Below, in pieces: positions 50,108-62,481 of a stretch of 64,000 nt of DNA. The notes beneath the pieces were generated by a model. It ran no database searches and had not been told where the DNA came from. It worked only from the letters and a program-made list of their open reading frames with translations. This DNA comes from Anthoceros angustus (Eukaryota; Plantae; Anthocerotophyta), in NCBI GenBank assembly GCA_010909165.1, contig MU008190.1, forward strand, positions 345,166 through 409,165, in the 5' to 3' direction. The translations under genes and the position numbers were made by a program. How positions within the stretch are numbered: position 1 is the stretch's first letter; each line of letters begins with the position of its first letter.

Positions 50108-53100
50108 AGGTTACTAGGTTCATTAAGGACTTTGCAAAGCGCGCTACCGTGATGGAGTTGCTGGAAGGAGGAGGTGGGCTTGGACACCGGAGGGAGGCGG
50201 GCGTTTGCATCAGACCACCTTGATAAGTGCTCATTGAAAGGTCGGATTTGGGCGGTTTCACGTATATGTGGATGTGTCGGCGTTCGCTATCGGAGTTGTG
50301 CTCAGCCAAAAGGACGATCACCGGAGGGATCATCCGATCTACTACGCGGGAAGGCAGCTCACTCATGCGGAACGGAGGTACACCACCACGGAGCGAGAGG
50401 TGCTGGGCATGGTGTACGCTGTCAATAAATTCAGTAGGCACTACCTCCTACCCAACGAGTTTGTGTTCTATGTAGACCATTTCGCGCTCAAGCATCTAGT
50501 GAACAAGGCGGACCTGTCAAGACGAATTGCGAGGTGGATCCTGTTACTACAGGAGTTCACCTTTGAGGTGGAGACCCAGGCGGCAACACCCAGCCACTTC
50601 GTCACACCAAGATCGAGCCGTCCTCTGTAATCAGGGAGGATGCCTCAGACGAAGAGTCGGCTACAAAGGAGGCACAGGAGGAGCGCCTTGATCGAACTAA
50701 GCTTGAGGACAGGCGCACTACCTGGCAGACGGAGAAGGGGTACCAGAGGGGCAGCCAACCTATGCGGAGCTGGAGCGATACCTGTGGGAGATGGAGATGC
50801 CAAGGGGATTGACTCGTAGCCAGCGACAGGCCTTTGTGCATTACGCTCGCCCTTTTCGGATGTATGACGGGTGTGTCTTCAAGATAGGGCCGGACGGAGT
50901 TGAACGGAGGTACCTCCAGCATGCGAAGACGGAGGTAGTAATAAAAGGGATGCATGAAGGATTGGGTGGAGGACATTATGCGGCACAGGTCACCGCCAAA
51001 AAGATCTTGGAGGCCGGGTACTGGTGACCCACCATGTATGGGGAAACGCACCAGTTTGTAAAGAGACATGATGCTTGTCAGCAGATCGGGAAGCCTACCC
51101 CAACGACCCAATGGCCGCTGGTGCCTATACTGGCACTAACGCCTTTTGAAAAATGGTACTCGGACCTATCGACCTACTGACCTAAGCACACATGAAGAGA
51201 TATATCACAGTGGCGATGGACTCGCACCGGTGGTGGAAAATAAGGACTCTCAATGCGGTGGCAAGTTCCTCTCACGAAACATCATAACACGGAATGGATG
51301 TCCGCTATTTGGTGTTTATAGGGGGGACTCATTTCCTCAATGATGTGATAGCTGCAATGACGGACTATTTCGGTATAACTCATCGCAAGACGGCACCATA
51401 CAACCCCAAGGCCAATGGGTTAACGGAGAAAACCAACGGACTTATCTGTCGCATCTTGAATAAGCTCACGGTTAATCATGCGCACGACTGGGATACCAAG
51501 CTACCATCAGCGCTATGGGCCTTCAGGACTGCTTGAGAAAGTAACCACCCAACGAACTCCGTATAACCTAACTTATGGGCATTCTCCGGTTATGCGAGTT
51601 GAATTTGAGGAATACTGCCCGAGTAATGATGGAGGCGGCTAACCGAGGAAAAAGCCAATTGGAGCTTGCTAGGGTTTGTACACTCAGGGACGAGAGGAGG
51701 CTCAAGAGATGCAACTGCAGAATCAATGCAAGGTGTGGCATGACCGACGGCTCTGGAACCAAGAGTATGTGAAGGAGGGAGATCTGGCCCTTCTTTATGA
51801 CAACCGCCATATGCATTTCCCGGGCAAGCTTCACTTAAGATGGATGGGCCCTTACCAGGTGGTGCAGGTATACGACAACGGATCCATTCACAAACAGGTT
51901 AGATGGCGGTACAGCTACCCACTTGGGTAACGGGGTGCAGAAGAAAAGTACCATGCCTAGTGTTGGCGGAGACGATGACGGATGAGAAGGGAGTGTGGGC
52001 CACTCTTCCTTGGGTAGGAAATGAGCTAGGTTTTGTTTTTTTCGTAGGTATGGAGTAGAAAATAAGGCGGAAAAGGAGAAATAAGGTCGGAGTACTCGGA
52101 CACTCCGAGTGCGGAGGGCTTCACGCACTGGAGTGGCTATTTTACACAGGAGCGGAAACATTTGCACTTCGGAGTACACGGCGGTAAGTCCGGACTACAC
52201 TCCGGAGTAAGACGGGATAAGTACACCAAGAAAAGTAACTTGGGAGTTGGGGAGCGACAGGCGTACGGGCCACGGACGGTACTTGAGAGGTGGGCAGGCA
52301 TGCGGCGGACCAGGACCATAGGTTGCGGGTGTATAGGCGTGTATTCGCCCGCACAGTGCAGCATACAGAGTACGTGGCAGTAAGGCAGAGTAAGCGCATG
52401 CGTAAAGGCTGAAATCACGCAGCCTCGAGACAGGCGAAGGACGCCCATCGCCTACATTTCGACGCCGCCACCGAGCGAAGGTCATTCTTTCAAGCCATCT
52501 CGCGGCGTTCTCGCCTCTGCTAAGACACCCGCTCTGGCGTCTCTTAAGCCCGAGCATCTTTGCAAGTAGCCTGCCTTGGCGACTGGAGCGATTGACTCAG
52601 CGGCGAGAGAACGGAGAGTCGCGAAGCCTCCACCCTCAGCAGTCGAACACCGTGAATGCAGCAATGGGGCCCAAGAAGGCAGCGGAAGTGTGGGAGCCTT
52701 GGCGCTTGGTGGAGCGCAACATCGTCACCAAACGATACCCCGACTTCGGACCCTGGCTGGAGGAAGCGAAGGAGTTGGTGGAGGAGTGGCACCTGGATAT
52801 CTTCCGGGCGGTTTGGACTTTTGATAGCGTCACTCTAGTCCGAGAGCATTTCTAAGATGCGATGTGTAAGGAGGTCCGCTCAAGAGCCCGAGGAGGACCC
52901 TGTGAGGTGGACCGTGGAGGTCTGAGGCGGTTTACAAATCAGCCCGATTAAGAAATTGGGGCCTTAGTCCGGAGGGCCCCTCAAAGTGAGGGGGAAGGTA
53001 GAAGGGCGAGTGGCTGTGGCTGAGGCGGGGCCTTAACGGTCCTCAACGGCTGGTTGATGTCGAACTTCTTGGATAGGCGGAGTGAGGGCGTGCGAAGGTC

Positions 53101-55780
53101 ATTGCCGAAATATACTCACCAGGTGGACCACCCAGTGACAATGCTCGTGTTCCTCCACTGCAGAGAGGAAATAGGGGCGAGGCGGGTATCTTCGCCCGGA
53201 TCAATCAGGAGGCTAGAAAACTACGGAGTGAGAAGCCGCCTTCATCTGCGCTATCACCATTCCTCATCCATGTATGGGGATACCTCAACCTTCGGAAAGA
53301 GGGAGAGGAGGAGCGGGTGCTCCGGAAGTGGCGGCCTCTGGAGGCGGAAGCGAGGAGAGCAGAGGTGAGGCCCGCCCCAAGCCAGGCTAGGGAAGAAGAC
53401 GACTAGGAGGGAATTTGACCAGACGATTGGGCGGACCCCTACGCCAGGAAGTATGGAAGACATCCCCGCCTCCCTTCTTTTGGTTCCTGCAGCGGAGCTC
53501 CTTGCGTAGGAAGGGGCACCCATAGGGAGGGAGCTGGCGGTCGTGGCGCCCGCCCACCGCCACCCGCGACTGGCGGCCTGCAAGCCTCACAGACGAGGAG
53601 GGCCAAGAGGCCAGTTGCGGACCTACAGACTGGAGCAAGAGGCAAGGGCACAGGAGCCAGAAGGACGCCCACCCAAGCCCAAGAGGACCTAGGAAGATGA
53701 GGATTGGGAGGCATTCCCAGGACTCCATCTGACTGAACGGACCCCTACCGCCTGTGGAAGTATGGGAAGAAATTCCCCGCCTCCTTTGGTCCCTCAACAC
53801 CCTCACCGAGGCAATCACGACAGGGAGGGAGCTCAGAGTCGCCGCAGCCAGTGACCAAGAACCGGCTGCCCCACAACTACCGAGCCTCGCCGACCGGGGA
53901 GGAGGCAAAGAAAAGCGGAAACCGCCCCACCACCACCACCCCAAGGTCCGCTCCGGTGCCTGCAGCAGGGAGAGGTGAGGTAAGAAGGGCAAGGTGAGGC
54001 GGGATGCGCCTGTACGGAGGACATCGGAAAGACAGCACTGAGCCCGTCCTATCACCGACGAGGCGGGAAGGGCTAGCTCCCGGACTCCTTCACCACCTCC
54101 GGACCCCAGGCGTGGGCGGGCGAAGGAGCTAGCGAAGAGGGCCATGGAGGAGAAGCTGTCGAATAGTCACGACCTAAGAGTCTGATTGGGTCCGAGCCTA
54201 ATCCAGGACTCTCCCAGGCTATGATGGCGGTCCTTAACGGACTGGGAGATGCCCGCACCGTGGACTTCTGCATCTCAGCAGGGCCTTGGAGGAGACGCCG
54301 GGCGAAGCCTCGTGCGCATGGATTGTATGCTCTGGGGTCTCTGGACAATGAGAGAAGACCCAGGAGGTGGAGAGGCCACCCGGCTGGGATGGTGGAGCTC
54401 CAAGGCCAGCGGAGGTGGCCGGCCAAAGGAAAGGTAGTCCCTAGGGTTGAGGAGGCCGGACGGCCGAGGTGGAGGCTAAGTCCGCCCAACAGGACAGGGC
54501 TAGGTTGCTCCGGCTATGTCAGGGCACGCCCTTTGAGGCGCACAAGGCGGAGGACGCCAAGGAGAGGATTGGCCCAGGAGGAGGCGGAGGGACGCAGCAA
54601 GAGAGGCCAAAGACTTGCCTGGGGCCACCGACAGAGCAAAACCAGCCTAGGAGGCCTGTGAAGGAGCGCGGAGGCGGAGGCCTCTGCCAAGATGGACAGG
54701 GATCACTATCGTGGGCCCGTGGAGGCGGCGAGGTAGCCAGCCAACAAGGCGGAGGTAGCGCGAGCAAGCACGGATGTCTGTGAGGAGGAGATGGAGGCGC
54801 ACCAGCTAGGAGACCTCCGTGTCAATTGCAGACACCACACGGAAGGCCAGGGCCGAGTTGGAGGCGGGAAGGAGACCATGGAGCCATAGCCCGAGTGACG
54901 GAGGAGGCAGAATTCTCAAGGAGAATCGAGGATCATGAGCCCGAGAATCGGCAGCTCGAGATATGTTGGAGGTTGGAGGAGAGCTGTCGGTGCAGCAAGG
55001 AGTAGGATATCGTCGAGTTGGAGAGGATTTGGAGGAAGCGGTCTGCAGGCGAGTTCTTTGGGCAACTTGGAACAAACATGGTGGCCTCAAAGGCGAAGAT
55101 GGGCGGGAGAGAGGCTCATGGAAGAGCAAAAGCTCAGCTGCAGCGAGAAGGAGGCGGCTGTCTGGGTGGCAAATGCGAGGCTGAGCGGCGGGAGGAGGAG
55201 CCAACAGAGCGAGGCTCCGTGGAAGTGGCGGAGGCGGCCAAGTGGCCTCAAGGACTCGGCGATGGCATCTGGGTGATCTTGATATGAAAAGGCCGCGGCC
55301 AGCAACGGGCATGCCTGCGCCGGAGTCTGAGGCGGGAATATGGTGCTCACGCTCATGTGGAGGAGGAGGCCATCCGGTCGACTCCGGAAGCTTCCGCATA
55401 TTATAATGCGGAGCTCCTCAGTGGAGGTAGTGCACCACAGGGGCAAATTGAAGGCCGGAGGTCAAGGAGCTTGGAGGCGAGGGCACAGGGAGCATCGCAC
55501 AAGAACCCTGGGGGCGTCGTTCGGGGACGAGAGCAGCAGCGGAGAAGGAGAGCACCCGGACGAGAGGGATACGGCGGACACCACAAGACAAGAGGTAAGT
55601 CTGTCGCACCCCACAAGGGAAGAAGGAGAGGGGGTCCCCGAGCGGGTTAGGGAAGGAGAAGTCGCAAGGAAGCCAGGGACAATGGAATCGTGTTTTTGTG
55701 AGGGAACCTATGATGCTGGAAACATTAAGAAGCACGATCCTGCTCATAATGAGAAGAAGCACGAGCACAGTGGGTAGAAG
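50108..55780 (+). mobile_element. Truncated Ty3/Gypsy (non-chromovirus-like): RNase H and integrase, followed by an extra sense ORF
   Basis: (GYYR)FIKDFAK; DVSAFAIGVVLSQ…YTTTEREVLGMVYAVNKF; HEGLGGGH…GYW; PYNPKANGLTEKTN; RWMGPYQV. RNase H-to-integrase order. No LTRs seen. Confidence 0.9.
52664..55780 (+). pseudogene. Gypsy post-pol extra ORF (~1000 codons, C-terminal Glu/Arg-rich coiled coil), frameshifted
   Basis: ATG MGPKKAAEVWEPWRLVERNIVTKRYPDFGPWLEE…, LNGWLMS, long E/R/A-rich purine-rich tract. Confidence 0.6.
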
Positions 55781-57031
55781 ACCATGGCGCGGCCGCGGCC
55801 GTCATTGCCTTCGCAGACCATGGCCGCGGCTTAGGTAGGGTTCGGCAACCACATTGGTGCGGTCGGCGCGACGGGCATGTTAGGGTTTGGCGCCCATGGG
55901 AAACCATGAAAGAAAACTTTATGGCAGAAGGTAGGGCGCAAGACTGAAAACAATGTGTCCCGGCTCTTTGTTTTGAAAGTTGCAAGCACAGAAAAATTTT
56001 GAAGGCTACACCCGTTTCGAGGAGAAAGCGTGTGTGTCCCCTTTGGTGCTTGGCCGCTCTTGGTTACGGCGTCAAAGCGGACATCTGACCATGTGCTGGG
56101 AGAAAACAATCTGGAATCTAGGATATATTCGTCAAGATGCTTGCGCCTTGCATGGCTTTCGCAAGAAAAAAAATGTCCCATCCCTTCTGTCCGCTTAGTA
56201 TCAATTCAACTTGAATATTGGCAGGACACTAGGAAATGAAATGCTCCTCGGATGCTAACAAGCTGCAAATTCACAGAATGGAGAACTCTGAACTGGAGGT
56301 TTATTTATATTCGAAAATTATTAGATTAATCCATAATTTAAAAATATTATAAAAACGAATCTTGCATCCCGTGCAATGTGCGGACAGGGACTCGGAGGCA
56401 ACCCGAGCCAGCCAAGGCTGGTCTGAACTGGGAGCGGTCGGGAAAAGTCACAAAAATATGGAGAGTCTAACTTGGAAAGCGGCAAGTTCCAGGTGTCACC
56501 GGTCCGCCTTCTTGCCGCCTTTCTTCCGCGCTCTGCGGCTGTCCCTTCTACCTGCTGCTCGAAGTTGGAAATTCCCGCCTCTTCCCGTGCTGTCAAATCT
56601 GCACGCACCTCTCGTTCATTTGAATTGCTCTGACACCATGCCCAAGGGCTCATCAGTGCGGCGGCCGCGGCCACTTTTCTCTTCTGATGAAGAATGTGAC
56701 TCTCTGTACCCCTAGACCACTCACTGTAATTCGTTACATCTGCACGGATTCGATTTCTGATCCTGGCCTCGCGGGATGGACTGAGTGCGACCTGTCCTTG
56801 ATTCCACTTCGAGCCGGATCGACTCTGCCCTGCGAGTTTGCGAGGCAGTTCTGCCTCTGCCTGTGGACGATCCGAGTGGCTTGAGTTCTTGCTCCGCTGT
56901 AACGTTTGCACCAATTGATGCTCTTGAAGGTGCGTGATCAGGGTTTTGGAATGCCGCTGAGATCACGGTGATCGCGGCTTCCAATGCACGTTACGGCTCC
57001 GAGCTGTTTTTTCCTGGAGACCACGTCCTCC

Positions 57032-59315
57032 ATGGTGCAGGTCGGGCGCCTGGGGCCCTCGGCTGCTGGAACGGCATGCAAGGATCTGTCTGTTATTGTG
57101 CTAGGCAACGGCTGGCCGCATTCCCGGGCTGGATGGAGCTCCGGGAGCTCTGGCGCGGGCGTGGGCTCGGGCTGCTGTCGTGGAAGCAGGCACGGGGATG
57201 GCGTGGATAGTAGCAGAATGCTGGTGATGATCTGCTCCTGTGCCGATGGCCTGAAGCTTGCAAGGTCCAAGTGGCTCGGTTGGAGCGGAGGACGGGACAT
57301 TTTCCAGGTGCAGCCAGTGCCTCGATGTCTCCGGCTGAGTTCAGCAGCATGCTGTGTCCTTGCTCCAGCCTCACTCTTCATTCCGGCGGATGATCGTGTC
57401 AAGCAGGTGCTTTCATTGCTCCCTGCTGTACGTGTGATGCGAAAAGGTTGGACGCAGGCCAAGTGGGATCAACTTTGGTCTGTGTCGTGTGCGTGCAGGG
57501 AGGGCTTTTTGCAGCATTGCTTCTCTCGTCGGCCTCGCCTGAACGCAACGCCCTTGGCCTCTTTGCCTTCGCTTGTACTCTTGCTGCAACCTTCCTCGAC
57601 CGGTGGTGGCAAGTACGTGTCTTTCATTCCTGATTGATTGGTTCTTGTGTTCGACAATCTCATTCTCCAGTCCCGGACATGTTCGAACCTTTTTCTGTCT
57701 GAAAGGAGCTGCTTTTGATTGACAAGGTGTCTCTCGCTTCCAGCAAAATGGCACAGGTTCTCAAAACTATCATTTCACCTTGCTTACTAAGAAAAGTGAG
57801 AGGGCAGCGGAAGATCACGGTGCCACAATGGAGCTGGAATGCTTGGGGGGTCCCAAGCTGAAGATTTCAGGTCAACAAGCTGCCAGAGGATCTGTTTACT
57901 GATGTCCTTCGTTTGGTTCTTGCCAACTAGAGTGCCAATGACATTGCTGGCTGACATTTCCCAACTCTGTTGTCGCAGGAGTGGCTTCACTAGGAGCTTT
58001 TACATACCAGTCTGATACTTTGCTTGGAAAGTTGGGGCTTTTTGCCGTTGGTTGTATCCTTCTAGTTGGCCTCTTCCATCTAGGATACTCATTGGTTGGG
58101 ACGACCGATGGGCAGTCAGTGAAGAGACGAGTTATTCGTGCTCAACGTCATGGAGACTTTAGAGAGCGCATGAGGCGGAGATTAGGTGAGAAGGAGTTGG
58201 GGTTCAGGGTCACTTACCAGGAGCCGGTACCAAGGTCAGATTTTTCGGGCGGTAGAGCAACCTTTGGTGCTCAAGGGCACTTGGACGAAGGGTATGGTGA
58301 ACTAAGAAAGCCCAAGTCCACATTAGAACCTGATGACCTTCTTAGATTTAGAGCAGTTAGGTCTGGCCACTCGCATCAAGCAGACCTCGTGGACAGGACT
58401 GTGAGGGGTGGAGCAGGTGGGGAGTCTCGGTTTGCGGAGTCGGGCAATGGCTCAGCCGTGACAGGCGCTGGGGACATGCCTAGCGTGCAGACTGACAGAA
58501 CAGAGTTATGGGCGAGTCAACCGCTGTCCAATCCACAAATTGGTAGCAAGGAAAGACGATCTATTGCAGCAAGGCCCGATGGCTCTCTTTTAAGTTCACG
58601 GAGTGCAGCAGACAAGTCCAGTAAGGCTTCTGATATGAGAGAGGGCCATGACGCTAGGAGACTTGCTGTACCCCGTGGAAGCCTACGCAAGTGGCAAGAG
58701 AAAGATGAGGTCAGTGTTACCACTGCCAGCTTGCTCCAGAAAGTGAATGTGTAAGACAGTTTTGAAGTTTGTGCTGGCCATGCTTCTTCCATCTTCTACA
58801 AAGAAATTCTGTCCATTGCAGTTAGAGTTGAAGTCGCGAGTGGAGGAGCTGAGGAGCAAGGTTCTAGCGGCTGAACAGACACGTCAAGCTGCGATGCGAT
58901 CCCTAGCTGAGGAAAAGAGGCGCAGCCTTGAGCTAGAAGTGAAGATCAGTAGGCAGGTAACGTGGTAATTTCGTGCAATTCATGCTTGGGTCACTACAGG
59001 TTCCGTTGTGGATCATGAATGAACGAAATCTTGCCGTCCTGTGCAGAAAGAGTCTGCTGCTGCCTTGGAAGAGGAGGTCCGCGTGCTAAAGGTACAACTT
59101 GTGAGCAAATCGTTGAGCCCATTCAGTCATCACGGAAATGTGTCCTAACATCATCATTCCCTCTGATATGTATTTTGTAGGAATCACATGAGGCACTTTT
59201 AACTTCTCTGAGGAAGAAGTACAGCTCTTCTGTGGCGGCTCGTGCCGCCGCTGCCTTGCTCTACCAAAACTGGGACTCCACTGGCGACGACAGTGTCCGG
59301 GAGATGGTGTACTGA
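57032..59315 (+). CDS. Uncharacterised protein with one TM helix and a C-terminal coiled coil (possibly plastid-targeted)
   Basis: Exons 57979-58709 (LGLFAVGCILLVGLFHLG), 58822-58956, 59047-59091, 59181-59315 with GT-AG borders reading in frame (…ESHEALLTSLRKKYSSSVAARAAAALLYQNWD…*). The 5' exons and start are uncertain. Confidence 0.7.
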
Positions 59316-60060
59316 TGTAGTAACACGCATAGCGTGCTAGTCCACAATATATTACCGGCCTCTACGACCTTTTATTTTGTTAAGTAGTGTATCATATTAG
59401 CAATATTATTCTTCTTGCAAGTCGCAGCCGGTCGTCTGTCCTTCGCCGAGCCCGTCATCCACTTGATGAGATCGTAATTATGAAGGTTTTCTTACTCGGC
59501 GTGGCCCCTTTTTATGTAGGTTCCTATGTATGTACATACTGTATGTACCTTATGTTGGTCTACTGTACATTTGGCTGTACGTACTCGGCGTGTAGAGGAT
59601 TTTGGGTGGTGGGCATACAGTATGCCGGTCGTTCCCTGGTGATGCTGACTGCTTCGTCGTAGTATGTAACGCGGAATGACGAAATTTTCGTTGGCTCTAC
59701 CAACGTGTGTGCGACTCCTTCCTTGCCAATGGCACTTTTTGCGAGCTGCATTCCGTTTCCTTTCGGCTGAAACTTAGATCGGGTCACGGGGCCTTATGTT
59801 TTCTCAAGATCGTTGGGGGCGGAAGTTGGAGAAGGAGTCTGGGTGTGATGTCTCGACTGTCTGCGGGCCTATACAATCCGGTTTTCAGATTGCACTGTTT
59901 CAGTTGCAGCCAAGATGTACAGGAATCTGGCTAGAGCGCTTCAAGAGAATTTCTACCTGCTGGAGCGCTACCTAGAGCACAACGTGCGCTGCTTTGCTTT
60001 GATGTTTGCCACTAAGAGGATGTGCTAGGTCTTGTGGCTTCTGGTATTGTGCACTGCAGG

Positions 60061-61851
60061 ATGAATGAACACGGTGACGGCGATCTACTTTCCATCGTGG
60101 AGAGGGATCTGAAACTTTGTGCAGGTGGCGTAGGCAATATGGCGGCAGCAGAGTTGAAACGGATGCTCAAATTCGTGGGTGGATTGAATAGTAACTTGAT
60201 TTCAGCTAGACTGTCGGCATGCCAACGCTCCCAGGTGATAGCAAAGTTCCATGCTGAATACATGGAGATCAGACCTCGAGAGAAGAAAGCGTGTGGCCAC
60301 TTTTTCGAATGGATGACACCCTTGCAGAGCTTGCTTTCTTGGCAGAAAGGACGTCATCAGGCGCGCACCTTGAAATGCTTCCGTGAAGGTTGGGATTCGC
60401 GGCTGAAGCAATGTGGGACTGTGTTCCGCAACCATCTTCCGGAGCATTACAGATGTCATGAATCTATCTTTAAGGACGTGGTAGACTATCTGCGTACAGG
60501 AGACAAGGATGTTGTCATTCTGTCAGGCATGTTTGGGATGGGTAAGACGCTGATGGCTCGTGAGATCGAAGGGTTTTTCCAGATAGGTACAGTCTCCACT
60601 TTCCACTTTCAGATGTGTGCTTTCTGGCTGACTGCTTTGGCTCTGTTCACTCTTGATTTCTGAAGGTTTTGTTACGTGTTTGCCACAGAGCTCAGGTTTC
60701 CCGGTGGAGTTCATTTTCTTCACTTTGATAGGAAAGTGAGTGAAGAGAGTCATTTAGAGAAGGAAGTAGACGAGCAGCTGAGGAAATTAGCTAGCAGCAT
60801 GCATTTGGCCTATGAAACAGACGTATGGCAGGCTTTGACTGATGCAGCAAGGAAGAAAAGTTGTCTCATCGTGCTGGATGATGTCTGGAACTCGGACAGC
60901 ATAACGCGCTTTCGATTGCCTGAACATGGTGGCAAAATTCTGGTCACAAGTCGTCGACAGAAATTGTGGACGGATGCAAAGGTGTTTCTTATTGGTGCAT
61001 CAGACATTCGGGCTGAAAAATTGGATGAGCACCTACTTGTGGCTACAGCTTCTTCTCGGGGCATTATGCCTTTACCTGAGGAAGTCAAGGTACAAAGGTT
61101 GGGATGTTGCCACACACAGCTCCTTTTTGAGTCGTTTCTTGGTAGAAAGGTCTTGTTGACCGCCGGTAGACAAGTCTTCTATGAATAATTCACTTTATCC
61201 TTGATGGTGCTGATGTCTTGCAGGACAGGATTCTGAAGGACTGTGGTGGTTGCCTGTATCTTGTCAACAAAATTGGACACCGCTTGACTAACAAAATTGT
61301 GGCCGAAATTGCTGAGACTCCAAACTGGGATAGCCTTGGCAACCTGAAAGAATGCACTGCTGTACTGGAATTGGAATTGGATTTCTCTGTCAAGGCACTC
61401 CATGCAGGTGCCTGTCAATTGCTGGAGTTCCTAGGACTATTCAAAGCAGGGCAGGGTATTCCTAAAGAAGTTCTAGAGCACGCATGGACATTTGTAAATC
61501 CCAGTGCTCAGTTGACCGAGATTGCCCTGGACGCTATTGTTGATTTCAACTTTGTCACAACAGATGTAGAAGGAACCAGAGTAAGTAAAGCATGCTAACC
61601 TCTACTGCTTTGGGTCAATGATGGCTGGATATCTTGTTAGTGTTCCTCTGCTCCATATACCTGCGATTCTAAGTAATCCTGCTGACGGGGCCTTCGGTGA
61701 TTTGCAGGTGTCCTACACTCTGCATCCCTTGGCCAGCCACTATTTCCTGAACAAGAAGCCAAGAGGTTGGGGAAAAGTTGACAAATTACCTATCCTTATG
61801 CGAGAATATGCAAATCCCGTTGTCATGAACTTCTTGGCGCACTGGTCGTGA
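60061..61851 (+). CDS. NB-ARC (NLR-type) protein with a helical N-terminal domain and no visible LRR
   Basis: Exons 60061-60586, 60689-61089, 61224-61580, 61708-61851. P-loop GMFGMGKT, kinase-2 LIVLDDVW, RNBS-B GGKILVTSR, GLPL-position CGGCLYL, MHD-position LHPL. Confidence 0.85.
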
Positions 61852-62481
61852 GCTGCTAAACAAAACACAAGGAATTTGTCATGTAGGAAAATTCCAGCTC
61901 TCATCAGGACTCGGTGTGGATTCGCCACTGGTCCTTTGGGATGTGTGTCTTACATGACCGCAGGCAAATAACTAGCTCCTGCCTGTCTGCTTGACGGAGT
62001 CCAACCGACCACTACCGACGGTTCCTCCTGGCCCTCCCATTCGAAAATCTGGCCACCAACTCTTCAACATGGATAACAAGGCACGTCTGAACTTGCGGAA
62101 GCTTGCACGGTCCGGAATTTTCAGATTGTTGCAGAAGGAACGCTAGAGAGATGATTTGCGCGCGTCCCATTGCCCAGCGAGCTCCTGCGTGTCTTGCCCA
62201 TTTTGGGCGGAGAACGTGTTGCCTCAGTTCTTTCTCCAAGTCTGGGAAACCTAACGGGCGCGATGGAGCTGCCAAGTGAACACGGAATTCCTGCAAGTCT
62301 TGCGTAGGGGTTCCATCGGCTGACGTCATCCTATTGTTGGGGGGTTAGCTCAGGTGGTGCTCATTCCGCCTGAGAAAGGACCTCGGTCTGTTGACTTCAG
62401 GGCAGTGAATGTCGAAGGACGCACTGCTGGTGAACAACCTATACAGACCTGCTTGGGTGGATTTCCAGGCGGTTATGCAGG

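Noticed and set aside
55780-55900. GC-rich CCATGG/GCGGCCGC palindromic cluster at the end of the Gypsy remnant
   Set aside because: No matching partner end or TSD found; cannot be assigned.
56321-57462. Long minus-strand ORFs upstream of the coiled-coil gene
   Set aside because: Likely shadow frames of a GC-rich promoter/5' region; no motifs.
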